The notes: a model not told the origin generated them from the sequence alone. Positions 19,598-31,224 are shown, numbered from the stretch's first letter. The stretch: 64,000 bases of DNA from an uncultured Verrucomicrobiae bacterium (GCA_963788655.1 CAWBHS010000075.1:1-64000), one strand, 5' to 3'. Program-made: numbers and translations.

Positions 19598-21121
19598 TCA
19601 CCGTCTTGGGTCCGCAGAGCATGTCGTGACCGCAGGGAGGCAACTCGGGCAAGCTGGGTTCCAGCCTGCCTGGATGGTGAGCAAATAGCCTGTGGACTGG
19701 TAGAAGCCCAGGGCTACGTGCGGCGGGCCAAAACCGCGCTGAGGATCGTCCAGTGCAAGCACCCAATCATGGCCGACGCCGGACTGATCGGGCGGGGTGA
19801 ATTCCTGTTCGCCTTCCTTCGGAAACTGTCCGGCGTTGGCGGCTGTGCCGGTGCGGGGATCGAACCACCACGCCTTCACTTTCTGGCCGGTGAGTTTGTC
19901 CAACCGCACGCGGAACGGTTTGCCGGTGGGCGTGTAAATCAATGCGTAGCCATCACCGCGCAAGGCGGCCACGTGCTCGACGCCATCGCCTTCACTGTTG
20001 GCCAGCAGCGATTGATCGGGAACCTGGGTGAGAAACGGGCGCGACTCGATCAGCCCACGCAGGTAGCCCATTTGCGCGGCGCTCGGTGCATCGAGCGCCT
20101 CCCGCCACGGCGTCGTCGCTCCCGCCAGCGCACGCTTCCCGGGCGCATACATCTGCCAGATGCTGTTGTGGCCGTAAGTGTGGCCGCAAGCTCCGGCAAA
20201 CACCGCCCAATAGGCGGCACGGCGCGCCAGGTCGCCATTGAGCGGCGCGGCTTGTTTTCCGAAAATAATTTCGTCGTAGGTGGTTTCCAGGTCGATCACC
20301 GGCTTTATCGGAGTGCGGCGGTAATCACGCTCGATCATTTTCCAGTTCGCAATCGCGGGCCCGTGGCTGGACTGGATGCCGTTGAAATCGAGCCATTCGT
20401 CATTCTGAAAGTAATCCGCCGAGTCACCCGGACCGGCAGGGTGAAACGTCATCAGCACTTTTGAATAGTCCTCGCGACCGCTCACGCCAATGGCGATGCC
20501 GCGCACCATAGCCCGCCAGACGGCTTTGGCTTCCTCGGTCGGCGAAGCGCGATCGCCCCCCAGCATCCAAACGATGTTGGACGCATTGCGGTAACGCTGC
20601 CCCAGAAAGCGTCCGTAGCTCTCGGCATTCGCCGGCGTGAAGATGCCGTTCACTTTTCCGTCGAAGTAATCCCTGGTCACGTAGCGGCCCCAGGTCGGCA
20701 GCAGCGCGACGTAAAGCCCGTGCTGCGCCGCGCGCTCGATGACGTAGTCCACGTGCTTCCAATAGTCGTTGCCTTCGCGAACGTCCGGGCGGGCGGGGTC
20801 GCGTTCGCGCAGTGGCAAATGCTGGTAGGCATTCGGGCGGTCGAGTCCGCCGTGCTCGGCCAGCGCCACCGTCTGGATGACGTTGAAGCCTTTTGCGGCG
20901 CGGTTTTTGAGATAGAATTCCACCTCCTCACGATTGAGATCGTGAATGAGCTGCCACGCCGTGTCGGCCAGCCAGAAAAACGGCTTGCCGTCAGCCGTGA
21001 CGAGGAAGCGATGGTTGTCGGAAACTACCAGGCCGGAATGGTCGAACGGAAGATCGACAGCGTGCCCGTTCATGGCCGTCAGTGCCACAAACAACCGCAC
21101 CAGTCGCAAGGAACGCATCAT
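19598..21121 (-). CDS. GH140/DUF4038 apiosidase-like glycoside hydrolase with putative collagen-binding C-terminal domain
   Basis: RFLVTADGKPFFWLADTAW, KGFNVIQ, LLPTWG, NIVWMLGGDR, MTFHP, KPVIDLETTYD, GACGHTYGH, KAWWFDPRTG, DWVLALD. The last ~40 aa may be a read-through extension. Confidence 0.88.
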   Translation of the reverse strand: MMRSLRLVRLFVALTAMNGHAVDLPFDHSGLVVSDNHRFLVTADGKPFFWLADTAWQLIHDLNREEVEFYLKNRAAKGFNVIQTVALAEHGGLDRPNAYQHLPLRERDPARPDVREGNDYWKHVDYVIERAAQHGLYVALLPTWGRYVTRDYFDGKVNGIFTPANAESYGRFLGQRYRNASNIVWMLGGDRASPTEEAKAVWRAMVRGIAIGVSGREDYSKVLMTFHPAGPGDSADYFQNDEWLDFNGIQSSHGPAIANWKMIERDYRRTPIKPVIDLETTYDEIIFGKQAAPLNGDLARRAAYWAVFAGACGHTYGHNSIWQMYAPGKRALAGATTPWREALDAPSAAQMGYLRGLIESRPFLTQVPDQSLLANSEGDGVEHVAALRGDGYALIYTPTGKPFRVRLDKLTGQKVKAWWFDPRTGTAANAGQFPKEGEQEFTPPDQSGVGHDWVLALDDPQRGFGPPHVALGFYQSTGYLLTIQAGWNPACPSCLPAVTTCSADPRR

Positions 21122-21166
21122 TCTGTGGCGAGCAAGCGGGGAAGACCACGATTCGCCGGGGAGGGG

Positions 21167-23068
21167 CTATTGCTTGTCTTTCCGGTTGGCGGTTTCACTC
21201 CGCTTCCACAACTCGATGCCGGCGAGGTTCGCTGCGCCACCCTGGCTGGTGAGTTTGAGCGTGCCGTTCGCGACTTGGGCAACCCACGGGCCGAGCCGCC
21301 GCCACTGGCCCGCGTTGCCGCTGGCGTAGTTGCGTTGCACCAGGCGCCCTTGCAACCGGAAACTCAGATTCTCGGAATGGTTGTCCTCCATGATGTGGGC
21401 AAACACGGCATACGTGCCCGGCGGAAGGTTGCGGAAGGAACACTTGAGGGTCCGATGAAAGCTGAAGGAGGTCAACATGGCCGCACGGACGGCATCTACC
21501 GGCGGCTGCAATTTTACATCGGCGGTCACCAGCGGTTTGCCGTTGCAGGCGAACTCACGCGCATTGCCGCCGTCCCAGCGGTGACCGTCGAGTTCCAGCG
21601 GCTTGCCATTCACATTGATTGCGCGGACGAGCCTCCACGGCCCGGCCGGCGCGGGAACAAATTCCGGGGGCGGCGGCACGACTTCATCCTCCGCCACTCG
21701 GGCGCCGGGTGGCGGGGGCATTGGTTCACCGCGCACCTTCAGTATCGCCCGGCGATAGCCCACCAACGGCGGCTGGCCGGCGTCGGTGGCTTCCAGGATG
21801 ATATGGATCGTTCGGCCGGACGCATGGGTGGGAATGGTCACCGTGGCTTCGGTCGCCTCGGCGCTCTGGATGGACGGCGCCGCCCAATAGGTGCCGGCTT
21901 CCACGTAGGTCCACCAGCGGAACTTGAGCGCCTGCCCGTCGGGATCAGTGGAGCCGGCGGCGGAGAGTTTCACCGTCGCGCCGGGATCGGTTTCGATCGG
22001 GAGCACGCGGTGCGACTGGTCGCCATTGAGCATTGCGACCGGGGCGTGGTTCGCCTCGGCCACCGGTTTTACGCACCAATCCATGCGCGCCTGAAAATCG
22101 TTTTGATACGCCGTCCGCCAGCGCTGGACCGGGTAAAGCATGTCGGGCACGCCGTCGTGCAGATCTTTGGCGGAAACATACTCATGGCCGCGTCCACTTC
22201 GCTCGAAGCGCCCGCCCCAGTTGCCCCACTCCGGATGCTCCGGGTCGCTCAGGCCGTTCGGCAGCACGTAGAGAAACGACGGCGTATCGCCTTCTTTCAC
22301 GCCGGTTTTGCCCGCCGCCCTGCCAGGATAAATCATCCCCAACGGACCGTGGCCGGAGCGAATGTTTCGTTCGAGCCAGTCGTGCGAAACCATCGCCGGA
22401 TCGCCTTCATTCCAAATGCCGCGGAACTGGCCGTTCGAGAAAATCCAGAACACGTCCGGATGATGCTCTTTCACCCACAGAGCCGTGCGATCCTGGTCAG
22501 CAATCGAGTGGACGCGAATCTTGCGCTTGAACGCTGCCAATTGCTCGGCGGTGCGCGTGGTCTGCACTTTCCAAAGAGCCTGGGCCAACTCACGCGGGCC
22601 ACCCCAGATCGAAAACCACACCGGACGCGGATCGTTGCGATCCAGCACGCGGATGATCCAGTCCGAAGCCTCGGAGTCCCGGCCGGGACCGACGGTGTGC
22701 GGGTCGCCGTTCGAACCGTCTTTGATCAGCGCGGTCAATTGCTCGTGGGACGGGTAGTCCGCGCGGTGCTTGAGCAGGTTGGGCAGGACTTGGCCGTAGG
22801 CATCCACCGCTTTGTGGAGCAATTCCGGGTGTGTGACCTTGTAGTGTCCGTGGCCAAAACCGGTGCAGAGGCCCTCGACTTCAAAATCACAAGCGTAAAG
22901 GAGGAAGCGGACAATGGACTGTTCATCGTCCGGGTCGCCGCCGATGTCGGTCATCACGACGAGGCGGGGCTTGGGTTCGGCGGCCAGGGCGTGCATGGGC
23001 AGAACAGCCCACGCCATCGTGAAGGTCATGACGCAAACTGGCAGGCGGAAGCGGAGAGTTGTTTTCAT
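21167..23068 (-). CDS. DUF1593 (Sde182 nucleoside-hydrolase-like) domain protein with Ig-like and C-terminal beta domains
   Basis: PRLVVMTDIGGDPDDEQSIVRFLLY, WGGPRELAQAL, KEGDTPSFLY, WGNWGGRF, FQARMDW, ANHAP, DPDGQAL..RWWTYVEAGTY. Confidence 0.88.
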   Translation of the reverse strand: MKTTLRFRLPVCVMTFTMAWAVLPMHALAAEPKPRLVVMTDIGGDPDDEQSIVRFLLYACDFEVEGLCTGFGHGHYKVTHPELLHKAVDAYGQVLPNLLKHRADYPSHEQLTALIKDGSNGDPHTVGPGRDSEASDWIIRVLDRNDPRPVWFSIWGGPRELAQALWKVQTTRTAEQLAAFKRKIRVHSIADQDRTALWVKEHHPDVFWIFSNGQFRGIWNEGDPAMVSHDWLERNIRSGHGPLGMIYPGRAAGKTGVKEGDTPSFLYVLPNGLSDPEHPEWGNWGGRFERSGRGHEYVSAKDLHDGVPDMLYPVQRWRTAYQNDFQARMDWCVKPVAEANHAPVAMLNGDQSHRVLPIETDPGATVKLSAAGSTDPDGQALKFRWWTYVEAGTYWAAPSIQSAEATEATVTIPTHASGRTIHIILEATDAGQPPLVGYRRAILKVRGEPMPPPPGARVAEDEVVPPPPEFVPAPAGPWRLVRAINVNGKPLELDGHRWDGGNAREFACNGKPLVTADVKLQPPVDAVRAAMLTSFSFHRTLKCSFRNLPPGTYAVFAHIMEDNHSENLSFRLQGRLVQRNYASGNAGQWRRLGPWVAQVANGTLKLTSQGGAANLAGIELWKRSETANRKDKQ

Positions 23069-23090
23069 TGTTTTCACATTGTCGTGCTGG

Positions 23091-25544
23091 TTAGGGCCGA
23101 ACTGCCGCTGCCTGCTGGCGAATGGCTTCAAGCGTCAACGCGCCCCGCCCACCCAGGCGGCTGCCAAAGATTTGCAGGCCGCGAATTTCGCCGCGAAATT
23201 GCCGGTCCAGGCCGTAGCCCTGCATGGTTTCATTAAAGTTGCCAATCGCCAGGCCGCGTGGGTCGGTGCCGACCGGGCCGTGATTGTAGGTGGTCTTGCG
23301 ATCCAGTTTTACGTCGGTCGCTCCGGGTGCGTCCTGCGGCGGACTTAAATACCAACTGACGTTCTCCGACGTACGGCTGGCGTCATAAGTGACGGCGAAG
23401 AAGGTCCATTTGCCCACCACCAGCTTGCCGGGAGAACTGTCGTTCTTCACGCGATCCGGCCATTCGTTGACGGCCAGGCGAAAGCGTCCATCGGCATGGC
23501 TGACCAGATCCATGCCGTCGTGGTCTTTGTTCAGGCAAAACACGATCCGGTTGCCCCCCATGCCGGTTTCGAGACTCGCCGGCCGCAGCCATCCGGAAAT
23601 GGTAAATGAACGCAGGCCGCGCAGATCCTCGAGCGGTTGGTTTCCGGCTTGCACCCAGCCCCACGGCGCGCCATCCGGCAGCAGCAACGTGCCGTCCGCG
23701 CCGCGTTTGGCGGTACCGTGAAATTTCAGAGCCGGCAGTTCGTCTTGGGCGAAGCCGATCCGGGCGATGGGCTGCGTGGCGTCGCGGTCGGTGACAACTT
23801 CGGTGTAGGCAACCGCACTGGCACCGTTCGCGTCGGTGACTTTGAGTGTGACGGTGTGGACGCCGGGTTGGGCAAAGGTGTGTTTGGCCTCACGGCCGGT
23901 GGCTTTGACGCCGTCGCCGAAATCCCATTCGGCCTGGGCGGCATCGCTCACCGCTTTGAATGCCACGGTCAGTGGCGGCACGCCTTCGGTGGTTGATGCT
24001 TCGATGCGCGCTTCGGGCCGGAGCGGTTCCCCAGCGGTGTACGGCATGAAACGGAACACTGTGTCGGCTTTGGGCGGATTGACGGCGAACGCGCCGGGTT
24101 GGGCGGTGCCGCTGGGCCTGATCGTCATCGCCCACGGATCAATCACGTCCACTTTGTAGGGGCGGTTCCCGGCCAATTCGACCGACTGCGGGCGGGTGTT
24201 GACGCAATAAACCAGGTAGTATGCGCCGGGTTTGGCGAGCAGGAATCGGCCCTGGTCATCGCCGAGCGGTTGGAGTTCGTGGAATGGCGGAGCCTGGGCC
24301 ATGAAGTCCTTCAGCCATTGAATGCGCTTCGGGCTTTCGCCGTGCAGCACGCCGCCTTTGGACCACCAAAGGATGTCTTCGGGATGCTTGTAAGTTTCGC
24401 CGTGGCCGACGTAGCAGCCGCTCATCGTGCCAAGCCAGAAACGCTGGGTCATGGTCTTCGCGTCGAGGTTGCCCCAGCCCTGCGGAATGTTGCCCTCATA
24501 TTTGCATTCATCGTAAATGACGGGCTTTTGATACTTCTCGCGGAAGCGCACGCCGCCGTTCATGTCGGAGGTCTGGAGGCTGGCGTGGGTGACCCAATCC
24601 TTCGTGTGGTCGTACCAGATTGAGCCGTTGTGAATGCCACGCATCCGTCCATACGGATCCTCTTTCTGAAGGATGGAGAAGAACCGATCCCAGTCCTCCA
24701 TGGTCTTGATGCCGTGATGGCGGGCGTCGAGGTCGCTCATGAAATCGTATTCATTGGCCAGCGACCACCAGACATTGCGAAAGGCCGCCAAGCGGGCGAT
24801 GCAATAGCGCAGGTAGCGATCATCCTCCGCGTCGCTCATCTTCTTAAATCCCCAGCGGTCGTAGGGATGCCATAGGATGAGGTCCGCCTCGATGCCGAGC
24901 TTCTGCAGGTCCAGGATGCGTTGCTCGAAGTGATGCCAGAAGGCGGGGTCCGGTCGGCTGAAGTCGAACTTGCCGTCCGCCCGCTTCTGGAACGCGAAGA
25001 ATTCCGGCTCGTTCTGGTTGTAGGCATAGCTCTTGGGAAAGACGCAGAACCGGATTTTGTTGAAGGGCGAAGCGGCGAGGGTTTTGAGCGTCTGCTCTTG
25101 AAGCTCACGCGTTTGGTGCACCCAAGCGTAGCAGGTGGTGCCGAATTCGTGATACGGCGTGCCGTCGGCGTAGCGGAGATAAAACGTGTCGAACGGGTGG
25201 ACCGGCCCGTGGTTGACGGCGGATGGTTTCGTGGCGGTGAACGAACCGGACTTGCCGTTCAACTCCGGGCGATTGCTCCGGGTTTCAAAACGCCACTTGC
25301 CGGAAGTCGGCGGGCTGAAGCGGACCCGGTAGCTGCCGCCGCCATCCCAGAAGCCGGGAACAGTGACGGTTTGGCCGCCTTGCGTGAACACGGCGGAAAG
25401 CTGCACGTCCAGATACGGATTCCCCGTGCCTGGACCTTGCAAGGTGATCTCGTGCAGGCCCCATTGTTCGACTGTAGCGCCCGCCAACTGGAGCGTCAGC
25501 AGAACGGTTGCGTAACTAATAATTGTTCGACAGGTGGCGTTCAT
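23091..25544 (-). CDS. DUF5060-DUF4038-DUF5605 glycoside hydrolase-like protein with PKD and LamG-like domains
   Basis: VEQWGLHEITLQGP..GNPY, GFWDGG, YADGTPY..FGTTCYAW, NVWWSLANEYD, KPVIYDECKYEG, GHGETY; PKD WDFGDG..HTF..PG..TVTLKVTD; LamG FTISGW..WTFFAVTYD. Confidence 0.85.
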   Translation of the reverse strand: MNATCRTIISYATVLLTLQLAGATVEQWGLHEITLQGPGTGNPYLDVQLSAVFTQGGQTVTVPGFWDGGGSYRVRFSPPTSGKWRFETRSNRPELNGKSGSFTATKPSAVNHGPVHPFDTFYLRYADGTPYHEFGTTCYAWVHQTRELQEQTLKTLAASPFNKIRFCVFPKSYAYNQNEPEFFAFQKRADGKFDFSRPDPAFWHHFEQRILDLQKLGIEADLILWHPYDRWGFKKMSDAEDDRYLRYCIARLAAFRNVWWSLANEYDFMSDLDARHHGIKTMEDWDRFFSILQKEDPYGRMRGIHNGSIWYDHTKDWVTHASLQTSDMNGGVRFREKYQKPVIYDECKYEGNIPQGWGNLDAKTMTQRFWLGTMSGCYVGHGETYKHPEDILWWSKGGVLHGESPKRIQWLKDFMAQAPPFHELQPLGDDQGRFLLAKPGAYYLVYCVNTRPQSVELAGNRPYKVDVIDPWAMTIRPSGTAQPGAFAVNPPKADTVFRFMPYTAGEPLRPEARIEASTTEGVPPLTVAFKAVSDAAQAEWDFGDGVKATGREAKHTFAQPGVHTVTLKVTDANGASAVAYTEVVTDRDATQPIARIGFAQDELPALKFHGTAKRGADGTLLLPDGAPWGWVQAGNQPLEDLRGLRSFTISGWLRPASLETGMGGNRIVFCLNKDHDGMDLVSHADGRFRLAVNEWPDRVKNDSSPGKLVVGKWTFFAVTYDASRTSENVSWYLSPPQDAPGATDVKLDRKTTYNHGPVGTDPRGLAIGNFNETMQGYGLDRQFRGEIRGLQIFGSRLGGRGALTLEAIRQQAAAVRP

Positions 25545-25599
25545 ATAATGTTTCTGACTTCTCCCGCAAACCATGTCCAGTCTGATACGCACTGGGCCC

Positions 25600-28500
25600 C
25601 TACCGAACGGGATTCCGTGCGGCCAGAAAACCCCAGTAGTAAGCCGTCGGGATCATGGTCTGGTGGATGGTGTATTCGTTTGAGGACGGTACCACGTAGA
25701 TGTCCCAATAGCTTTCATGGGCCGGCCAGGTCCGAGCGGCGGGCACCATCTTATTCAGGAACCAGGTGTAGGCCCAAGCGTCGTGACCGTAGTTCTCCGC
25801 CGGATCGCTGACGCCATACACGGTAATGCCAGCCGGGGCCGGTTGACCGGTAATCCAACTGTCAATGTGCAGCGGGAACCGCACCGGGTCGGGGCCGAGC
25901 CCGGTCGTGAAGGCGCGGTTGTCGGGATTCGCGCCGGCGGCGAACTGGCACGCGCGCACGGCGCCAGCCAGGTATTTCGGGTCGCGCGTGAGCAGCCACG
26001 CCTGCGGCAACACCGGGCCGACGGTGGTTTCCGGCGTCGAAAGATACCCAACGAAACCCATCGGTGGCAGTTGGGGAATACAGGTCGTCACGCCAAAGGC
26101 GTTGCCCTCGGCAAAGGCCAGCGCCGCATCGGCCAGCTTGAGAATCCCCTGCCGGGCTGCCGCGCGCAATTCAGCGTCACCCTCACCGTCGGGAAGTCGT
26201 GCATAGGATAAAACGGCTTTTAGTTGCCGGTTCACTTCGCCCCGGGATTCGGTAAGCACCGTGGTGGATCGGAATTCATCGTGAAATTCAGACTCGCTCG
26301 TCAGCCGCCACAGTTCAAACGCCGCCAGGTTGCGAACGTCGCGGAGCTCATGGGCGCGCGACTTGGTGTCTTCTTCGTTCAACTTCACCAGGAATTCCTG
26401 ATGATGCATCGCAGCCCAGTCCCATGCCTTGCGCGCCGCGACAGCGTAAGCATCCGCCAAGGATGGATTGCATTGCCGCAAGGCCCGGGACAGTTTGGCG
26501 CCGGTGGCGGCGAAGATGAACGACGCGCGTGGGTCGGGTGCGAACATGCTGATGAGCAGCGATTCCTGCCAACTGGCTTCGCCCGGTCGCGGATGCGCCG
26601 TGGACTCGATGCCACCGCTCACGCCACCCTCAGGGCTTTGGGTGCGACGATGCAGTTCAAGATTCCAAAGCACTTCATCGAGAATGTCGGGGATGGCATT
26701 CGCGGTTTCCGGGGGCGGCAATGCGAGTTTCACCTTGCCGATGCGATCCGGGAACAATTCGTATAGGTCCACCAGCCACCACATCGCCGCCGGATGACGC
26801 GAGTTGCGGTCCCAATCCCCGGCATCCATGTGACCGCCCCAGGCCTCAGGCACCAAGCGGTCCGTGCGGCGCTCTGCCAGCATTTTGAAGAGGTTGTCCT
26901 GGCTCCCGCCTTCGAGTTCGCTGCCGGCCGAGGCGAACACCTTGACTCCGTCGGCCGGATGCATGTTGCGCGGGCGGCGGAAATTCGTGAACGGGGCGCC
27001 TAATTCGATGCCGCTCCGCTGATGCAACAAGCCTTTCATCGAGAGACGGAACGCCTCGGTCCACACTTGCTCACTGATGACGAAAGGAAAGGAGCATCCA
27101 ATGCCATCGACGCAAACACGGTAGCGACCCGGTTGATTGAACGCGCTGAAGTCCAATCCCAGCACGTCGGTCTGGCCATAGTTGCGGCCGGCTTTGAATG
27201 ACTCCTGGTCAGCGGCGTGAATGAGAACCTTGGCCTCGCCGTGGAAGACGGCCTTGCTGGTTCCCTCGTCGAGCAACTGGAACCGCAGGTCTTCCGCGTA
27301 CGCAAGCGAACCGCCGGTGCCCAACCACGTCGAGAGAAAGGCGCGCTTGTACGGATCATCCGGTCGGAAGCCAATCCCGCTGACATGCACCGCCGGGCTG
27401 CGTGTTTCCATCGGATCGTGACGGTACTCGACAAACGCCTGACGGTAGTTCACTCCCGGAAATTCGATTCGGTAAGCTCCTCCCCACGACGAGCGGTTTA
27501 CTGAGCTTCAAGAAAACTTCCACCTGGAAGGCCATGCTGCGGTAAGCGTTCGGCTTGCGTTTCCACCAAACCTCCGCCGGGCTGGTCGGTTCCTTCCATG
27601 CCGGGTCGTCGACACTGGAGATACGGTAAGCGGCCGGTTGGTCCACCGTCTCGGTGGTCAAGTCGGCGCCGATTGCCTTGTCCTCCGGTTTGAGCCGCTT
27701 GGCGTTTACCGCGAGATCGCCCAGTTTGACCTGCCGTTTGCCTTCCCGGCGCAACACCGCGACTTCCAGAAGTGATTCCTGAACTCGACCATCTTCGACC
27801 ACCAGTAACTTTCTGATCCTCCTTGCCGCGCCGGACGATTTCATCGCCCGCAACCGGCTGGTAATCCACTTGAGGCACAGGAACAAATTCCTTCTCTTGA
27901 ATCGTCAACACCAGGATATCCGGTGCGACCGTCGCGACGTGGCGAATATTCGGACCATCGGATGGATGGGGTGCGCCGGCGAGCAGCTCGCGCTGACGGG
28001 CGGCTTTCTGCTCGGTGGCGACTCGCGCCTTTTCCGCGTCGCGCGCACGTTGCTCCGCGGCTTTTGATCGTTCGGCGAGGATGTGACGGTCGGGTGCGGC
28101 GAGCGTGATTCCCGACAACAGCACGTCCACGGGTTTGCTACTCCAATCGCCCTGCACTTGGATCATCGTGATGTGCGCCAGATCGAAATCCGCAAGCTTG
28201 CCTTCGGTTTTACCGGCATTCTCATCACTGAGGGAGGCGCCATCAACAGCAGTAATTTCGATGGTTTCGCCGGTCGTCCGTTGGCTGAGGATGAAGGCAT
28301 ATTCATGGCTTGTGCCGTCCGCGTCGCCGAGGATCAAGCGTAACCGGTCTGCCTGGTTGCCGGCGTTCACCGTCAACTGCAATGCCGGCGTCCAATCCAT
28401 AAAAGCTGACACGTCCAGCTTCATGTTGAATCCGCCGCCACCGGAGCCTTTGCCAGCGCGCAGGTGTAACCCCGAGGATTCGACGGAAAAAGACTTTTCC

Positions 28501-28667
28501 CAGGCGAGAAAAGCGTAATCCGGCGCTCGTTTGCAATCGAGCATGACGGGCGATGCCAGAAGTTCGCTCGTGATCAGTGCGAAAACGAAGGCTGCCACTA
28601 TGAAAGCGCCCCGCTGCCGGAGGGCAGTCATCAGCGCCGAACGCACCCCTGATCGGTGATTGGACAT
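25600..28667 (-). CDS. Glycoside hydrolase family 9 protein with Ig-like N-terminal domain; two frameshifts (~27810, ~27478)
   Basis: Three overlapping ORFs (27498..28745, 27356..27886, 25600..27453) join into about 1020 aa; signal peptide; DFSAFNQPGRYRV, HQRSG, GGHMDAGDWD catalytic motif, IPDILDE, GANPDN..FTTGLG, NEYTIHQ. Confidence 0.88.
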
Positions 28668-28799
28668 AGGGCAATCTTGCTGGTACGATTTTTCGCCGTG
28701 AAGTCTGAAGTTCACCAAAACCACGTTCTCCAGTATGCATCGCAAAGCTCTCTTATGATGACCGATCCCGCGAGGAAAGAAGAGGGGACTTCAGGGCAT

Positions 28800-29297
28800 T
28801 CATTGGGTGGGCGTCGCATAGGGTTCAATCGGACAACTGGTCTTGTAAATCCGAGTCGGTGTATCGAGCGTATCGGTGTCGTAACCGTGGAGTTGTAATT
28901 TGCCGTCCACGATGCGTAAAGGATCGTTGATGAGAAAGTTCTGCGCGCCGGCGAACGTTCGCTCATCCGGTTGAGCCCATTGCACGGGTCGGCTCAGGAC
29001 CTTTTTCGATCGAATTTGGCCCGAAGCCGGATCAAGGCGCCACAGAATGAGACCACCGTCGAGTTCCGGATGCCGCCCCGCGCAAAAGCACAGGTCGCCC
29101 TGGTGCAAGACCAGGTTGAAGACCGGAGAAACCGATTCCAACTGGCCATAGGCAATCATCCATCTCGGACTGGCAGCCGCCAGAAAACGCCATCGTGGTG
29201 CCCCATCACTTTCATTGAGGCAATACACAGCTTGACGGTGGTTGCCGGGCCCACCCGCCGGTCGCGCGAAACAGCATTGCTGTTCGGTCCATTTCAT
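28800..29297 (-). pseudogene. Internally deleted PQQ-repeat (beta-propeller) protein relic
   Basis: ATG overlaps the upstream stop (ATGA 29297-29294); a short N-terminus runs directly into AVYCLNESDGAPRWRFLAA...AYGQLES..PV...AGRHPELDGG, an internal piece of proteins that are normally much larger. Confidence 0.55.
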
Positions 29298-31027
29298 GGT
29301 TTCCAACGATAGACCAGCACCTTCGCCCGATAATCCTCTTCGACAAATACGAGGTATTCGCCATTCGCGCGCCGGAATGCGCTGATGCCGGTCAGGATGT
29401 CAATCCAACCGGTGTTCTCGACACCGCCCACGGTCGGGCCGGGATCGAACACGCCTACTGCCGCACCATCGCTGAGACGATTCACCAAGACGCGCCCGCG
29501 TTCCTTCCAGCCCCCCGTGAAGACATATTCGCCGGCCGCCGCAACGCAACCGGCTTCTTTGCCGGCCGCGGATTCAAACGCCACCGTTTCGCGATTGCCG
29601 GCAAGGTAATTCTTGCAGATGAAGACGCGGCCGATGTGACGCATGTCGCGGCCCTCGTCGGCAACAATGAGGGTGTCGGATTCGTCGAGATAGATGACGC
29701 GCGCGACCTTGTTCACCCCCTGCGGCTTGTCGAGCGCTGTGATTTTGTCCGCGGCATAGATCGGATTGCCTTTCGCGTCGAGGCCCTGAAAGTCATAGCG
29801 GAAAAAGCCGTAGGCCATCCAGATGTTGCCTTTCCGGTCCACCCAAAACGGTCCGGGATGGACGCGCTCAGTGTTGGGCGCGAATTCGTCGGCCTGGTAG
29901 TCGCCGTCCCCGTTATGATCCCGCCAAATGGACGTCCCTTTAGGCTTGTTAGGCGGCCACTTGAGCTCCGTGCGGTAGAGATTGTTGCCCCACTGTAGAA
30001 TCAGCCCAGACGGGATCGCCATTTCACCGTCGTAGCGAAAGATGTTGATGAAGTTGCTGGCGAACATGCCACCCACAAACAGGAACCGCCGTCCGCCCAG
30101 ATAAACGATTTGCGGTGAGGTCAGCCCGTGTTCGCCCTGCTGCTTGACGCACATGAGACCACGCGGATCGTTCGGATACTTGTGGCGGTCTAACGAGTAG
30201 CCGACCCATTGGGGTTCCTTGCCTGGAGGCTGCGACCAGTCCATCCGGTAATGCTCCTGGATGCCCCACACATCGCGGCCGTCCGTAGTCGGATCGGCAC
30301 AGGCCAGGTCCACGAAGAAATGATCATAGAGTTCCCAGAGCAGTTTGCCGTCAGGCGTAAACTTGCGCAGGACGGTGCCCATTTCGCTCATGGCCACGTA
30401 GAGGTTTCCTCGGGCGTCCATGCCAATGCCACGAATACCCCAGAACTTGGTCGGAGTGACCTCGCCCGGCTTGCCGGACCCAATGCCTCCGTAGTCCCCG
30501 AAGGCCTTGACCAGTTTGGGCTGCTTCAGGTCGCTGATGTCATAAAACAACACCTGCTGGCGGGGACCGGTCCACGAATCGGCGATCATCAGCGAACCAT
30601 CATTGGCCAAGGCCAGGGCAGTGGGTTGATACAATCCCGGAAATTTCACTTCCTGGCCGTCGCACTCGATGCGGACCGGCTCGAAATCCCACTCCTGATT
30701 CTTGGGATCCACGTATCGGACGATCAGTCGCCAAGGTCGCCCTGACTGGTCTTTGAATTCCAGACTATTGGCTTTGACATCCCGGTTGCCAATTACCTCT
30801 CCGTCCTTGTAAATCCCGAACCGTTTGCCGCCTTCATCCCAGTGGCTCCAGGTATTGACCGTGCCGTCCGGTTGAACGGTGGCGTGAATGAAAAAGTTCT
30901 GCACCCACTTGTCGTTGGCGCCGGAAAACGAGTTACCCAACCAGGTGGCGGAGTAGTCAAGCGCTTGGGACGAACAAGCGAACGCGGTGAACCATATTGT
31001 GAGGACTGCCAAGACTGATGCTTTCAT
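29294..31027 (-). CDS. Secreted NHL/beta-propeller hypothetical protein
   Basis: Signal peptide MKASVLAVLTIWFTAFACSSQA; PTALALANDGSLMIAD, GIRGIGMDARGNLYV, WRDHNGDGDYQADE, WVDRKGNIW repeats. Confidence 0.78.
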   Translation of the reverse strand: MKASVLAVLTIWFTAFACSSQALDYSATWLGNSFSGANDKWVQNFFIHATVQPDGTVNTWSHWDEGGKRFGIYKDGEVIGNRDVKANSLEFKDQSGRPWRLIVRYVDPKNQEWDFEPVRIECDGQEVKFPGLYQPTALALANDGSLMIADSWTGPRQQVLFYDISDLKQPKLVKAFGDYGGIGSGKPGEVTPTKFWGIRGIGMDARGNLYVAMSEMGTVLRKFTPDGKLLWELYDHFFVDLACADPTTDGRDVWGIQEHYRMDWSQPPGKEPQWVGYSLDRHKYPNDPRGLMCVKQQGEHGLTSPQIVYLGGRRFLFVGGMFASNFINIFRYDGEMAIPSGLILQWGNNLYRTELKWPPNKPKGTSIWRDHNGDGDYQADEFAPNTERVHPGPFWVDRKGNIWMAYGFFRYDFQGLDAKGNPIYAADKITALDKPQGVNKVARVIYLDESDTLIVADEGRDMRHIGRVFICKNYLAGNRETVAFESAAGKEAGCVAAAGEYVFTGGWKERGRVLVNRLSDGAAVGVFDPGPTVGGVENTGWIDILTGISAFRRANGEYLVFVEEDYRAKVLVYRWKP

Positions 31028-31039
31028 ATTGCGAGGTTC

Positions 31040-31224
31040 TCAAGGAACCGGTTTCCACAAGGGCGACTTGCCGTCTATGGCCATCCGGTAGTGGAGGGGT
31101 TCAATTAGTGCAGCGTCCGCTCGTCGGGGCGGATCAAGACGGGTTCCGCGGCTATGACAGGCGTGCTGGTAAGCCAGACGGCCAGCGAGAAGCGGACGAG
31201 AAAGGGCTCGAGCGTTTGCATCAT
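31040..31224 (-). pseudogene. Collapsed gene stub: signal peptide plus short C-terminal tail
   Basis: MMQTLEPFLVRFSLAVWLTSTPVIAAEPVLIRPDE, then (shifted frame) DAALIEPLHYRMAIDGKSPLWKPVP-stop ending 13 nt before the next ATG (31027). Confidence 0.4.

Noticed and set aside
19385..19700. Possible IS630-like fragment (minus-strand PYCPHLYVIERW resembles PxYSPxLNxIE)
   Set aside because: Single short degenerate match without flanking DDE context or terminal repeats; probably some gene relic but not assignable.
20720..23236. 838-aa + strand ORF (also 2320..4416 -, 35369..36466 -, 41634..43055 -, 46928..48334 -, 56559..58058 +, 60708..62945 +)
   Set aside because: Antisense shadows of well-supported genes, expected in high-GC3 DNA; no recognisable motifs.
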